Source: Candidatus Iainarchaeum sp. (GTDB taxonomy: Archaea > Micrarchaeota > Micrarchaeia > Burarchaeales > Fermentimicrarchaeaceae). Taken from it: a stretch of 64,000 nucleotides of DNA. The stretch spans positions 1,306-65,305 of the forward strand of contig JAQTMQ010000003.1 of NCBI GenBank assembly GCA_028714235.1, written 5' to 3'. Each line of letters starts with the position of its first letter. Position 1 is the stretch's first letter. The notes beneath the pieces are model-generated. The model saw only the letters and a program-made list of their open reading frames with translations, had not been told where the DNA came from and searched no databases. This document shows, one piece after another, positions 1 through 11,329 of this stretch. A program made the translations under genes and the position numbers.

Positions 1-1729
1 TGGCGCTTGCCAGCGTGCCTTTCAGCTCATTCAGCTCTTCCCCATTCGCGGCGAGCCGCGCCGCCACTTCCCGGTCCTTCTCCGCCTCTTGCAAGAGCCT
101 GTTCGCCTTAAGCCGGTTGCTTTCAGCCCGGTTCTTCATAAGCCGGCTAACCGGGTCGCCGAGGTAATAATCGGCGTAAAACTCCCCGAGCATTTTCAGC
201 GACTGTCCGAGCGTGAATTGCGGGGGAGGCGACTCGACGCGCGCGTAGGCTGAAGCGAGTTGCCTCTCAAGCGACTCAAGACTCTTCGCTTCGCTGCCGA
301 GGTTGTTTCTCATGATGCTGATGACGGCCTTAAGCTCCTTCGCGTTCTTGTACGGGCTCTTCGCCCCGGTTTGGGGGTCAACCATGGACCCCGATTCCAG
401 CATGCGCTCAAGCTTGGCGATTTCGGCTTCCAGCGCGTCCTTCCTGCCCTTCTGCTCCGCCATCCTCTGCTCCAGCGCCGGCCTGGTACGCTCCAAATAC
501 TTCTTGTATTCCTCCGGGTTTTTCCGCCAGTCCTTCATCTGCCTGCCGATTGCGTGCGCGTTCACCACGGTGCGGCCGGTGGCGGCGGCCATCACGCCGG
601 CGTACTTGTACTGCTTCAGCATGCCGCCGAACACGGGTATCGTCGTGGTAATCAGCGAGGTCGTGGCCGCCCACTGGAGCTCTCCGTAGAAAAGCGAGCC
701 CTGCATTAGCGTCTGGTCGCGCTGCACCCCTTCGCGGAGCAACTTATGCTTGTTCAACTCGTTGGACTTTGTATCGTACGCATTCACCTTTGCCGCGCGC
801 GTTTTTTCGGTTAAAGCAAAAGTCTTGTACCTATAGTACCCGCGCGAGAGTATGCCTTTCCCCTCCCGCAGGTTGATGCGCTTCGCCAGAATCGCGTCCG
901 CCGGGAAACTGTAGATTTTTTCGAGCTTGGTGATGTCGCCCGCCGCCGCCCTCTGGTATTGGCCAAGGCGCCCCCCGCCAATGGCAGAGCGGGTCAAGAC
1001 CATGTTCGTCAGGTTCACCTTGCCGAGGTCCAGGGGCTTGGGAGTTATTTTGCCGGTATCCTCGCGGACTGCCACGCGCGCCTTGCCGAAAATTTCGGAA
1101 AGCCCGGCCTGCAGCTCCGCGTTCTTCACCCTGCCCAGCCCGGGCAAGGGCAGGAGCGCGCCGTCCTTCCCGGCCGTTTTCCCGTCCGCGTAAGCGCGGA
1201 TGACGAGCGCGTTCTGGAGCGCTTCCGTGCTGAGCGCCGAGCCGAGCTTCTGGTCGAGCTTGAGCACCTTCCCGTCCGCGTCCCTGAGCGTCTCCCACCG
1301 CGAGCCGCGCTTTATCTGGATTTCGCCCGCGTGCCTTCCCCGGTTGACGTGCCTCAGCTGTTGCCCGGCGAACTGGATGGAGTTGTATTTGGAGGTCTGC
1401 AGCCCCACCTTGTGCGCAAGACCGGAGATTACGCCGCCCTTGAGCAGGGCGAGGGCGTTCCGCTGGAGGGACGCGGCGCCGCTCATGAACTGGTAGGAGC
1501 GCACGCCCGGCTGGCGGGCAGTCTGCTTTTGCGGGCTCGTGATGTCGAAAAAGCCGAGCGGCGACTTGCCCTGCGCGTAAAGCGCGGCGAAAAGGAACGC
1601 GAGAAGCAGGAAGAACGGGAAGCACACCGTCATGTTCCCGATGTCCAGCATGGGCGCGCCTCCCGCAAAAGCCAAAGCAAAGCCTGACGTTAGGAAAACG
1701 GATGCGAGCATGCTCCCGCCCATCGTCAT
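1..1729 (-). CDS. Large hypothetical protein with N-terminal membrane anchor, partial (runs off the left edge, >576 aa)
   Basis: Manually translated open frame from ATG at 1729 (MTMGGSMLASVFLTSGFALAFAGG...FPFFLLLAFLFAALYAQGKSPLGFFDITSP...) with no stop before base 1. It is absent from the ORF track because it lacks a stop. Two hydrophobic N-terminal segments, then charged and coiled-coil-like sequence. Confidence 0.8.
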   Translation of the reverse strand, partial: MTMGGSMLASVFLTSGFALAFAGGAPMLDIGNMTVCFPFFLLLAFLFAALYAQGKSPLGFFDITSPQKQTARQPGVRSYQFMSGAASLQRNALALLKGGVISGLAHKVGLQTSKYNSIQFAGQQLRHVNRGRHAGEIQIKRGSRWETLRDADGKVLKLDQKLGSALSTEALQNALVIRAYADGKTAGKDGALLPLPGLGRVKNAELQAGLSEIFGKARVAVREDTGKITPKPLDLGKVNLTNMVLTRSAIGGGRLGQYQRAAAGDITKLEKIYSFPADAILAKRINLREGKGILSRGYYRYKTFALTEKTRAAKVNAYDTKSNELNKHKLLREGVQRDQTLMQGSLFYGELQWAATTSLITTTIPVFGGMLKQYKYAGVMAAATGRTVVNAHAIGRQMKDWRKNPEEYKKYLERTRPALEQRMAEQKGRKDALEAEIAKLERMLESGSMVDPQTGAKSPYKNAKELKAVISIMRNNLGSEAKSLESLERQLASAYARVESPPPQFTLGQSLKMLGEFYADYYLGDPVSRLMKNRAESNRLKANRLLQEAEKDREVAARLAANGEELNELKGTLASA

Positions 1730-1746
1730 AAACTGCTCAATCGCGG

Positions 1747-1755
1747 TTTATTAAT
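1747..1755 (-). promoter_or_regulatory. Putative archaeal TATA box (TTAATAAA) for the 1..1729 gene
   Basis: AT-rich box ~20-25 nt upstream of the ATG in a GC-rich background. Confidence 0.5.
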
Positions 1756-1892
1756 CATGCGCCAAGCCGGGGGGTTTTGCGGCGCCTAATCCCTGCGACG
1801 GGAATTCGCGGCGCGCGCGAAACCCGCCTGTCGGGTCTCCGCCGGCGCAGGAAAAAAGCGCGGGCCGGCAGGCCGAAACGGGGTTTGCAGCC

Positions 1893-4800
1893 TCATTTCC
1901 GGCTCCCGGCGGTTTTTCCCCGGAGCGCGCCAGCCTGCCAGTCGAGCAAAAGCTTTCCGGCAAGCGCAAGCAGGATGAGGAGCAGCGGAAGGAGTACGGA
2001 AAGCGTGCCGAGGTCGAGGGGGAAGCCGCCGGACTGGTAGGTTTTCGCGTCCTGCGACCGCCCGTACCTCGCCTCAATCGGGTCGCTCATGTTCGGCTTG
2101 AAGGCCGCGACGGCGGTGTGCTTGCCCCACCCGCAGACGGTGTAGCAGAACGTTGCCTCGCCCACGGCGCAGCCGCCCGCCTCGCTGTCCTCCGAGCAGG
2201 TCTTGTTGTCCCCGACCCACCCGAAGTTGTTCAGGCACCTCCCGGAATCCTGGCACACGTTGGACGCGGTGCCGCAAAGCCCGCCAGAGCACTTGCCGCT
2301 TAAGCCGCAGGCCGAATCCGCGGCGCACTTCTTCGCGCACGTGTTCGTCTTCAGGTTGCACGCCTGCGTGCACGAATCGTCGCCCCCGGGCTCGCAGCCG
2401 CAGTCCACGTTTCCGTTGCAGGGCTTCCCGTAAAACTCCACGGCAACCACGCACTGCCCGTCTTCTCCGCAATCCGAATCGTCGAAGCACTTCCGCGTGT
2501 AGGAGCAATGCGGCTGCGCGTTGGTTATCCCGTTGACCGACTGGCGCACGCACTGGGACGAGCTCGTGCACGGAATCTGGCCGTCCGATGTCGAGCAGCC
2601 GGTGTCGGGGTCGCACGAGCAGCCGCCCGCGCCGTCGTTGTTCTCCTGGACGTAGATGGAGTCGTTAGTGTACTCGTTGTAGTCGACGGGATTGATGACC
2701 GCGCCCGCCTCGTAGAAGCGAATCGTCTTGTTCCCGAGCGGGTGCGTGGAGATGGAATCCGGCTCGTCGATGTACTTCGCGAGCAGCTTCGCCGTGAGGC
2801 AGACGAGCGTCTTGTTCCCGTCCGCCGCGTCCCGGACCGTGTCCGGCACCAGGGTCACGGTCGTCGGAAGCCTGAAGTCGAAGGACTGGTTCCAGATGAA
2901 CGTGTTGTTGAAGCGGTCGTAGAACGCGAACGACGCGTTGTGCTGCCCGAGCACCGCCTCGTCCATCACGAGCAGGCTCGCGGTGTCAAGGTTCGAGAAA
3001 AGGTAAATCCCGCTCGCGTTCTGGTACGTGGTCGGGTGGAATTTCAGCGGCTCGACGCGGATGACGCCAAGCTTCCCGCCCCCGCTCCCGCCGGAGGTCG
3101 TGACGCTTATCATCTCGTTGTCCCCGCCCTCGATTTCGACGCGGAAGACCTCCGCGAAGGCGACGCCCGTGGAGCCGCCGTCCGCGGAAACGCCGGACGC
3201 CGTGACTTTCTGCCCGTCCGCGCCAACCCCCATTATCGTGACCCTTGCCGTGCTGCCGCTCTTGTTCGTGTGCACCACGAGCTGGCTGCCCTGCGCGCCT
3301 GAAACCTTCCCGAGGGCGGACGAGGCGGTGTAGGTATTCTCGAGCACGTCCGCGAGCGTGGTCAGGAGCTGCTCGGGGCCGCCTCCGCCGGACCAGAACT
3401 CGATTGAATCGTTCGCAAAGCCGCCCTCGCCCTCGAAGCTGCCGACGCTTTCCAGGCGGATGTAGTAGATGGCGCGCCACTGGATGCCTGACGCGACGAA
3501 CGAGCCCTGGCTTCCGGGCAGGTACAATTCTTCCGAGTCAAGCTGGCCGTCCCCGTTCAGCCCGATAAGCGTCATCGTCCCCGAGCCGCCGTTCTGCGAG
3601 TACCAGCCCTGCGAGTCGCAGGGCGCCGCGGTGTGGCAGTCGAGCGAGGCGGATGGGCTGCCCAGGTCGCACCTCGCGCACTGCGCCATGCCCTCGCGGG
3701 GGTAGCGGTAGCGCGTCTCCTTCCTCGTCGTGTTGTATTCGCACAGGCAGGTTACCATGCCGTTTGTCTCGCATTTCGTCCACGGCGGGTTCAGGTCAAC
3801 CGAGCCCGCCACGCACTTGCCCTGCTTGTCCGGAGTGACGTCGGAAAGCGCCTTGCACGCGGCGTCCAGCGCGTCCCTGTTCTGCTGTTCGCTCCCGCTG
3901 ACTGCGAGGATGCAGAGGTCCTGGGAATGGAACACGTGGGTGCTCGCGTCCTGGCTGACGAACGTGTGGTTGCAGCAGACGTTCTCGTGCGACGAGACCT
4001 TGACGTTGCGCGCGCTGCCGGCCACCATGGGAACGAGTGAGCCCGAATCCGCGGAGAATGTGGACGGGCCCTGGAACCCGGCCCCGGGGATGAAGATTGT
4101 GCCGATGACGACTTTCGCCTGGCCGGGGTCGGTCCACAGCTCGTATTCGTCGCCGAACCCGCCTCCCTCTCCCCCGACCTCGGTTATGTCCTTGAAGCCC
4201 GTGTTCGTGGCGTCCGCGTACCTGAACGGGTACGCTTCCGCGTCCGGAACGAATTTGTGCGTGCCCGGCTCGAAGCTGCCCGTGATTGAGACGCTCGCGC
4301 TGATTGCGTTGTTGGTCGCATTCGCGCCGACAAAGCTCAGGGCGGTCACGTTGCTCACGCGGTTGGGCACCGGCTTCAGCATCAGCGTCGCGTCCGGCGG
4401 AATCGGGGACGTGTTGTACAGCTTGTAGTCTTTAGAGAAAACCCAGTCCAGGCTGGTGCGGTTGTAGCCTGCCCACCACGGGTCCTTGTTGAGGTCGAAA
4501 TACGAGATGGCGTTTACGTCGTAGCGCGGCGCGGCGGGGTCTTTCGGGGACACGTTCTCGTAGGCGTCGGGCGAGCTGTTCAGGTATTGGTAGCCGTAAA
4601 GCGTGTTCCTGTAGCGGGTTTAGTTGTACCTGAAGCTCGAGTTCACCATCAGGGACTTGGACGAGCCGTTGACGTTGTCGAGCGCCACGAAATGCTTCGT
4701 GAAAAGCCTGGACGAATACGCGGCGTATTCGAGGGACGGGTACACCTCCGGCGCGCACGCGCCCCCTATGCAAACCGCGCCGCTCTGGCACTGGCTGTCC

Positions 4801-7800
4801 CGCACGCACGCCTCCTTCTCGCTCCTGTACGGGGTCTGGAACGCAAGCTTGAAAGTGCCTCCCTCGTAAAGGGCGTGCAGGACTGGCGCGACCCCGTGCG
4901 CAATGCCCCAAATCTTGCCTCCGTTGTAGCTGATGTTGACCGCCCCTTCCACGACGGTGTCAACGTAAAACTGGGCGAAATACTTTCGCGTTACGTTCGG
5001 GATGGTCGCGGAAAGGCCGGCTGAAGCCGACCTGCCTGCCGCGATGCTTGAGCCGGCCACCGCCTGCTGCCTCCGGCACACGCTCATCGGGATTCCCGCG
5101 CGGTCCGGGCAGCCCTCGCAGTAAACCCCGTACGGCAGGTTCTTCCTCAGGACGTCCTCGTAAACCAGGACGTCGGTCGGGCCCCTTAGGTCGGGGTCGG
5201 TAATCTTGCCGACGAGCTGCTTCGCGGCCGAAACGCTTCCCTGGACGTCCTTGAAGTCTTCGCTCACCTGCAAGCCCGTGACTTTGACCCTCCAGACCCC
5301 TTCCCAGTCCGGCTTCGTCTTCTCCGAGTCCCTGACGGGCAGGTAGATGTCGTAGTTGCCGCTGCCGCCGTAAACGTCAATGCCGTCAACGCGGGCGTTG
5401 TCGTCGTCCGTTATGTCAAGCTTCTCGACTATCCCGAAAGCGCCGCCGACGCTGAAATCCCAGCCCATGCCGCCTTTCTCCTCAAGGCCGGTTCCGGACG
5501 CGGTCATCCCGCCCCAAAGCGCATCCGTAACCGCGCTGAAGCCCTCGCCCGAGATGGTGGAATAATCGCCTGTGTAAACCGACTTCTTTATGACGAGGTG
5601 CATCGCGGGCTTCACGTTGCCGTACTCGTCCTCGTAATAGACGCGGACCCAGTTTTCGGTGCGCTTGTACTTGGTTTTGTCGTCCCCGCAATAGTTGCAG
5701 GAAGCCGAGCCCTGCGCGTCGCCCTCCCCGAATATCGCCTCGCCGTAGGACAGCTGCCTGAAAGTGAACGCGAAGAGGTCGACCGAGGTGCACCCAAGGC
5801 ACCCCCCTGTCTTGGCCCAGTCGCAGCGCTGCGTCAGCCCCGGCCTCCCGAAGCCCTCCCTGCGCTCGAAAGTGAAGCGGTCCACTACGAAGATGTAGCC
5901 GTCCTTGTACGCGACCGCCACGCCCTGGTGGTAGCGCCTGAACGAAACCAGGCCCGCCGTCTGGCCGATGATGTCGTCCGCGGTGTTCGGGCCGTCGCGC
6001 TCCGGCGTGAACAGGTACTTGTCGTCAACGCAGACCCCCTTCCCTTCGCCGAACGGCTTGACCGCCGGAGAGAAGAACGACACGAACCCTTCGCCTATCT
6101 CGACGTACGGGTTGAGGCAGATGCCCGAGCTGTCGCAGTTGTTGGCGCCGCATTCCAGGTTGCTGTCGAGGAAAAGCGGCTTGAGGCCGCCCACGGACTC
6201 GCTGAACGTGGGCTGGTTCGCGCCTGACATCCATGCGGGCGCGGCCCAGTAGCAGTAGCCTTCGCCGTAATTCAGCGGCGGGCTTCCGGCGATGTTTGAG
6301 TCCCAGCAGCCGGAGCCGAGCTGCCTGCAGGGCATGTACAGCGGGATGTTCTGGAAGCTCGAGATGACCTCGCCGTCAAAGCGCAGCATCATGAGCGAGT
6401 CCGTGCCGTAAACTATGTAAATCTCGCTCCCGTCGCCGGCCACGGCGATGTCCGCCCTGTCCCGGATGTAATGCGAGCCCTGCTCGGGGTTGAAGTTGGA
6501 GTACCCTATGATTGAAGGCGCGTTGCGCGCGTAGGAGGTGTTCACGCTCCAGTCCGGGTTCAGGATTTGGATTACCACTTTTCCGCACGTGAGCCCGAGC
6601 GGGTCGCAGTTCACGTTGTCCGGCTCCGTCAGCCCGACGACGAAAATGCGGTTGTAGGAGTCTATGGCGACCCCGAACGGGTGGTAAGGCCCGGTGTAAT
6701 CAACGGAGAACGGGTCCGCCAACTCCCCTGTCGAGGTTGTCCGCGTGTTCCTCTCCGCGTTGGCGTAAAGCGAGCCCTGCTCCGGGACGCGGCCGATGAG
6801 CTTTATGACGTTCCCGCTGTCCTGCCTCGCAAGCTTGAAATAGTAAAGCGAGCCGCCCTTGCTGTCGGCAACGTAAAAGTTTCCGCGCTTGTCCTCGGCC
6901 ATGCCCTGCGGGTTTTTCCTGAACACGTCGTCAATGCCGGGCTGCGGGTACGTCTCGAACCTCTTGCCCGGATACCCGGAAGCGGAGAAGTCGTACGGGT
7001 AGTCGTAGCGCGAGATGTAGCCTTCCTTGTCGAGGGTGAGCATCGCGCTCGGCCCCTTTATCTCGAACGGGTTCAGCGGCCCCGAGCCCGAGCCGGGCAT
7101 GACCGTGTCGTTCGTCATGTTGAATGACGAAAGCGAGATGTTCGCGTTCAGCTCGACCGAGAGGTTGAAGTAAACCGGCGTTATCGCGTACAGGCTGTCC
7201 AGCTCTGAGCCGAGGGGATTGCCGTTTTTGCCCATCGCGGAAACCCCCCAGCCCCAGACGATGCGGGGATAGCGGAAGGTCGCGCGCATGTAATCGTCCG
7301 AAACGTCCGAGCCGTTGAAGTTCAGGTGGTCGGAAATCTCGCCGTCAATCTGCGGCGTGTAGGTGAAGCCCTTGACGCACAGGATTCCCGCCTCGCCGTC
7401 GAACTGGCCCGTCCCCTGCAGCTCGCCCGCGGCCGGGTCGTCCACGACGCACCATTTCACCGGAATCTCGGAATACCCGACCGCGCAAACGTCGTCGTTG
7501 CCGTACATCCTCTGGCCGTCCCAGCCGATGAGCCTGTCCCCGGCCGCGTTATTCGCGGCGTCCACGGCGTTGACGTCGGGGTAGTACAGCACTTCGCTGC
7601 CGTCCGGGTTGGCCACCGTCACGTTCTCTTCCGTCTTGTTGGCCGGGGGGTTCACGGTGCCGTCATAGCAGTTCGTGTTCAGGACGAGGGTCGCGTTTTC
7701 GCCGGACGCGAGGTCGCAGCCGTCGCACGTCCCGTTGACGAGGAGTATGCCGTTCTGCGTGGCGTTCACGAGGAACTCGCAGTAGCCGAGCGCCGGGTCG

Positions 7801-10800
7801 ACCGGGCAGGAGATTGACGACGACCGCTCGCCCCCGGGAAGCCGCGCGTACGCGTAGCCCACCGTGTTGTGGTTCTCGTCCTCGAAGTGGATGCTGACCG
7901 TGTACGCGTAGCCCTTCAGCGCCTTGCCGGCTGCGTCCGACACGTATGCGCGGGCGGCGAACTCCACGTTCTTCAGCGTCTTGGGGGGCAGCGTCAGCGT
8001 GATGTTTTTCGGCTCGGCGGTGATGGTGATGGCCGCGTAGCCCGTCGCCGGCTGCACGCCCACTTGGCCGAAAGTCTGGTTCGTCGCGGTTACCTCGAAG
8101 TCCCCGGGCCGGCTGATGGACATGTTGAACGCCATCGTCCCGTTCTCGATGTTGCAGCAGTAGGTGTCCGGGAAGCCCGTCTGCTCCTGTATGCTCTTCA
8201 TTGCCTCGGTCTTCTGGTGGTCGCACGTGAAATCTGTCCTGAGCGGGTCAACCAGGTTGAATACCTCGCACCTGCTCTTGTTTTTCGCGTAGGTCACGTT
8301 GAACTGGTAAGGGGCGCCGCCGTCGGCAACCGGGTCGCTTGGCACCGCCCAGATGTACGCGTACTTCGTATAGTTTTCGTCGAGGTCGAAGTACTTGTTG
8401 AGCACGGTGACGTTGCCCGGGAAGTTCGTGGCGGTGGAGGCGACCGCAGCCGGCGGGATTATCACGCGCATTGTCATCTCGGTCGTGTTGTGGCGCACGG
8501 TGACGTTGACGCTGCTGTTGTACTCCTCGCGCCCGCTCACGTAGAAATAGTTGTAAATCTTGTTCACGCGCCGGATGCCCGGGAAAAGGTTTCCGGCCGC
8601 GTTGTCCTGCGCCGCCACCTGGTCCCCCACGTAAATGTCTTCGTACGCGACGAGCCGGAAGGTGTGGTTTCCCCGGTCGCAGTCGTTGAACGTCCAGGTG
8701 CAGAAGCACCGCGCCTCGTCAAGCATCGTTCCGGCCGGGTCCTCCTCGCAGCAGGGCCACGCGGAAAGCCTGTTCGGGGGCGGGCAAAGCCCGGGGGCCG
8801 GGGCCGTGCTGTTGTACCTCAGGCCCTCGACCGTGCACTCCTCCGGGGACAGGTACCGCAACGCCCCGCCCGGGCTGCCGTCCACCGTGATGTTGCGCAG
8901 GTCGCTTTCGTTTTTGCGGTTGTAAAAGTATTCTATGACCTGCTTTACCTTCACCTGCCCCCTGAAAAAGTTGTTGAGGCGCGGGTCGCGGTAATTGTTC
9001 TGCTCGACCGGGTTCGCGCCGCCCGGCGCAATATCGTAGGCCGGGCAGCTCGCGTTGTTGCCCATCTCCGTGCAAATCCTCGCGTCCGCGTAAGGCGGGT
9101 CCGGCACGCCCCCGAAAATCGCCTGGCTCCACGTGGCGAAGCCGGGAAGCAGCTCCAGCGGCACGCGCTCCACGTCGTACGGCCACTGGTGGTATATGTC
9201 CGACACGTTCACGGTGACGTTGTAAAGCTTTTCCGAGTCCACAATCCCGCTGTCGCGGTCGAAATCGTCAAGCGCGCGGTAAACGTAGGGCGTGCGCGCG
9301 TTTTTCGCGTAGCTCACGTAATAGTCGAGGAAAAGCGACGAGTTGGAGCCCTCCCCGAAATCCACGTCCGGGGTGCACACGTAGCCCGGCGCGCACGGCT
9401 CGTGCCCGCGTGGAATGCCGCCGTACGCGCACAGCTCCTGGAATTCCGGGTCGGCCGGAATCACGTTTTTCGGCGAATCCGGGAAGCCGATGGTGTAATG
9501 GCTGTAATACGTGGTCCCGTAGCAGCACGCCGTGTCGTAAGGCCCGGTGTAGTACGAGCAGATGTCGCCTTGCCCGGGGTCGCAGTCCGGGTCGGTCATG
9601 AAGCTGTCTATCTGGCCTTCGCAGTAGTCGCCGCTGCAATCGCAGACCGGGGCCTGGCTCTCCACGGCCCAGTAATCGACGTTGGTCGTGCTCCCGGCCA
9701 CTTTACCGCAAACGTAGGCCTTGGGCACCGGGCACTGGCAGCCCGGGCAGGTTTCCGGGTCGTCGCCGTCAAAGCAGGACGTCCCGCATTGCGCCGGGGT
9801 GACTTCCGGGTTGTTCGTTTCCGAATAGTCTATCGGCTGCGGCTCCCAGCGCGTCACGGTCAGGCGGAACGGCTTAGTAAGCTGGCCGCAGACGGTGACG
9901 TTCGCGCAGTAGGCGTCAGGCAGCCGGATGGGGTTGCCGAGTATGTCCGTATCGTCGCGGTACCGTATGAACGTGGGCCACACGCCCACCTTGCTGATGC
10001 CGCTGTCAACGTAAAAGAAGCTTGCCACGTCCGTGTCGTTTATTTCGGCGTCTATCGGCTTGTTCCAGCAGATGCCTTTGTCCACGTCGCTTCCCGGGTA
10101 GTCCCTGCCCTGGCCCTCGACGATGGGAAGCTCGTTGTTGGCGTAATTGACGGCCGGGGGGACGTAGCCGATGTTGCAGTCGAGGCAGGATTCGCCGCAG
10201 TCGCAGTGGCCGGGGCAGGCGCAGGAGTAATCCGGCGGCTGGCTGTAAGCCGGCGTGCAGTACGGTATTGGGGTGGTGTCGCCCTCAATCTTGTAGTCGC
10301 CGGCATTGTTGCATACCTCGAGCTGCGTGCATTCCTCGGAGGGAAGCTGCGGCACCGGAACAGGCTTTATTTCGTCGCCGCAGGCCGGAATCTCGAGCTC
10401 TCCGAGCGGGGGCGGCGGGGCGCCGGAACCCGTGCCGCCGTTGCACGTGTTCCCGTAATTCGCCATTTCGTCGTAGGAATGGCAGGTTTCGGCGGTTCCC
10501 TGGTACATGCACAGGTACGGGTTGGGCGGGTCGAAGAGCTCGGGCGGGCACCATTTGGGGAACCCGTTCACGTCGCACGGGTCCCGGACGGAGTAGCAGC
10601 TTGCCGCGGTGATGGTGTTGCCCGTGATTGTGGCCGTGTTCGACCCCGTGAAATCCACGTCGCACGAGTCCACGGGATACATGTTCCCGCACCACAGGGT
10701 GTCCTCGAAAACGTAGCCGTTGGAGCAGGTGCTCGAGCGCTCCACTATGATTCCCGTGTCCGACCCGCTTATCGTGTTGTCCCGGACGGTTATCGCCTGG

Positions 10801-11189
10801 CCTGCCACGACGACCGGCCGGCCGCCGTAGCCGTCGCAATAGCTGAAGCGCAGGTAAATTCCCGTGTCGAAGCCCTCGAAGCCGCAGTTCTGGATGGTGG
10901 CGCCGTTTGCCTGCCCCAGGATGACTCCCGTGCCCCCGCGGCTGCTTACGAGCTTGTAGCCGCGGCAGTCAAGCGTCACGCCGTTCAGGACGCCGGGGCT
11001 CCCGGTTATCGTCAGGCACGCGCCGCCGCTTGACGTGATGTCGTGGGTCAGGTAATGCTCCCCGGGCTGCGTTATCACCCCGCAGGATGTTATCTCCATG
11101 GCGGCCGCGGTCTGGGATGCGGCGAGGACGAGGAGGAAAAGCTTCGCGGCTGCGCAAAACCCACGCTGCGAAAACGCGCGACGGTTCAT
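1893..11189 (-). CDS. Giant Cys-rich cell-surface protein (~3,098 codons), interrupted by one in-frame TAA at 4620-4622 (track ORFs 4620..11189 and 1893..4553)
   Basis: Signal peptide (KLFLLVLAASQTAAA) and N-terminal NosD/CASH-like beta-helix (ITSCGVITQPGEHYLTHDI...VTLDCRGY). Beta-rich Ig-like stretches, NHL/beta-propeller-like motifs (PQGMAEDKRGNFYVADS; PFGVAIDSYNRIFVVG) and CxxDxxC repeats. C-terminal TM helix with a basic tail. The two track ORFs are in the same frame, separated only by TAA plus 22 sense codons. Confidence 0.8.
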
Positions 11190-11212
11190 GCCACAACCTT
11201 TGCATTCCGCTG

Positions 11213-11223
11213 CTTATTAATTT
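11213..11223 (-). promoter_or_regulatory. Putative TATA box (AAATTAATAAG) for the giant surface protein
   Basis: AT-rich box ~25-30 nt upstream of ATG 11189. Confidence 0.5.
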
Positions 11224-11329
11224 GCCGTGGGAAATCCGGGGTTTCCGCGGCCCGGGAAGCCCGCGCCATTGAGCGCTGTTGCCGCTGCCGTGCTGCTCTT
11301 AGTAATAATATAGTGCGGCGCGGCCCGCC

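Noticed and set aside
4620-4622. Genome-wide TAA reassignment (alternative genetic code)
   Set aside because: TAA ends other genes at sensible positions (ATPase at 15502, pilin at 26066), and housekeeping genes have no internal stops.
7869-11033. 1,054-aa plus-strand ORF and many other long antisense ORFs (e.g. 42564..44522, 61715..63145, 28660..30174)
   Set aside because: These are shadow frames of real genes in GC-rich DNA, with Arg/Val/Gly-rich translations and no motifs.
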